Part shown: in pieces, positions 62,611 to 64,000 of the stretch
Layout of the letters: every line of letters begins with the position of its first letter
How positions within the stretch are numbered: the first letter of the stretch is position 1
Origin: Paraspadella gotoi
Lineage: Eukaryota > Animalia > Chaetognatha
DNA length: 64,000 bases
Reading direction: 5' to 3'
Assembly (NCBI GenBank): GCA_051294375.1
Contig: CM119271.1
Coordinates: forward strand, 15,134,770 to 15,198,769
Translations under genes and position numbers: made by a program
Notes under the pieces: generated by a model
Seen by the model: only the letters and a program-made list of their open reading frames with translations
What the model was told of the DNA's origin: nothing
Databases searched by the model: none

Positions 62611-63320
62611 CTCTCTCTGTCTCTCTCTTTCTTTCTCTCTCTGTCTCTCTCTCTCTTTCTCTATCTCTCTCACTCATACACGCATTTGTTTGTTTTTATT
62701 TACGATGAATGACTCATCGCGTCAATGATTGACTATCATCGCATCAATGAATGATTATCATCGGATAAATAAATGACTATTATTGCATCAATCTATGATT
62801 CTCATCTCTTCAATGAATGATTATCATCGCATTTTCAAAACGTATTTTGAACGAATTGCTGTCAAATCAACGTAATGCAAACTATCGCAGCTCCGGTAGA
62901 AACAAAAGAGCCAATCAATGCCGAGTTAATTTCAGTCTGAATCTCTTTTTTCAGAAAAAAATTATTTGAAGTTTTCATACACACATTTTCATGAATTAAT
63001 AAATAATTAATCGCCCATAGATCTGGTGATTACTGGTAAAAACTGCAATATGCAAATGAGATTATGAGACCGAAAATGTAGTTTTTTCAAATATTCTTTA
63101 AGGTTTTTCAAGGCTCGGTTTGAAGAGTGGAGTTAAGGTCGGACTTAGTGATTTAAGAGTGTTAAAGTGGTTAAAATTTGTTAAAATGAGTTAATTTGTC
63201 TAAATTTGGCGTGGTCTCACCCGTGAGGATTTTGAAGTCGCTTATGTCGAGACCGTCACCGCAGATGTGAGGTCCGCCAATCGTTCGCTTAACTCCGTCT
63301 CGCGATCGAGCGTCCCAAAC
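60847..63320 (-). CDS. WD40-repeat protein, 3' exons (63320-63221, 61697-61627, 61068-60907 or to stop 60847); 5' part lies outside the window
   Basis: VWDARSRDGVKRTIGGPHICGDGLDISDFKILT|ASWISTNALQLWDYSSGRCIETVK|VHHAEGKGQFLYAGQFADNDTVVFGGSG; WD motifs, GT-AG introns and consistent phases. Confidence 0.85.
61312..61562. mobile_element. Degenerate palindromic Penelope-like remnant with hammerhead fragments
   Basis: Inverted arms aacgaattta...cggcttcaatgt / acattgaagccg...taaattcgtt; CTGATGA on minus (~61387) and GAAACATGTC on plus (61426); adjacent ~32 bp-arm hairpin at 61495-61559. Confidence 0.5.
62475..62555. repeat. 11 bp tandem repeat inside a HINE-like element (~62085-62830)
   Basis: (cagcggctgtc)n; flanks share blocks with 34520-34990. 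Confidence 0.75.
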
Positions 63321-64000
63321 CTAAATATGAAGATATGAATATAATTAATATATATAATTGATTAATATAATTTAGAAACGCATTGTCTCTATAACTGTTC
63401 GTGGGAGCCACTTAGGGGTAGAATAGACATTCAGGCCTAAAGTTAACGAGCGATCGCCTATGGCATGGAATCACCGACTTCTGATTAGTCGCCATGGAAC
63501 CAGACTGGACCAATCAGCTTGCAAGAACAATGGAACTGTCAAAATCACTCTTGCTTCTGATCCTCTTCTCAGCTATAAATAGACTTAGCTTTCCTTAGTT
63601 TTCAGTAGCATTGATCACGTGTCTCACGTCACCATAAATTCTCAGAATAAGTTTCCATCTTGATTTCAACTTGGGAAAATCGAACAGAAAGGGGACACTC
63701 TCGGAAAAGAGAGCCGACATTTAAAGCTGAAATTTGGAAAGAAATATGAGCGCGAGACAAAAAAAAAAGGAATAAATGAAATGACCGAATTTCATGAAAT
63801 TAGAGAAAAAATATTTTTTTCAGTCGATGATTGAAAGTCAGCGAAAAAGAGAAAATTAGCGAGGATAAATGGTCTTTCATTCTTTTCTTTTCTTTTCTTT
63901 TCTTTTCTTTTCTTTTCTTTTCTTTTCTTTTCTTTTGCTCTCTCTCTCTCTTTCTTTCTCTCTCTCTTTCTTTCTCTTTCTCTCTCTCTTTCGCTTTCTC

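Overview
AT-rich, intron-containing animal (probably invertebrate) genomic DNA with five N-gaps; no prokaryotic features. All gene models were spliced and translated by eye. (1) Positions ~2.7-31.8 kb are a ~14.6 kb direct tandem duplication (2688-17240 / 17271-31838). The copies differ by many small indels and by several transposon presence/absence differences, so they may be two haplotypes assembled side by side. (2) Genes: a frameshifted signal-peptide/TM ORF (632-1130); a coiled-coil gene; a 10-exon secreted ZP-domain gene with Sushi and calcium-binding EGF domains after the furin site (28914-38098, plus a truncated copy at 13919-17240); a 13-exon SHIP2/INPPL1-like gene (49792-59558); and the 3' exons of a WD40 gene on the minus strand. 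(3) The SHIP-like phosphatase has GCLNYM for GDLNYR and STH for SDH, so it is a candidate pseudophosphatase. (4) There are many non-autonomous mobile elements: DINE-1/HINE-like elements, hAT and Tc1/mariner MITEs, three tRNA-like SINE families, a ~330 bp short-TIR repeat, and palindromic Penelope-like inserts carrying paired minimal hammerhead ribozyme motifs.
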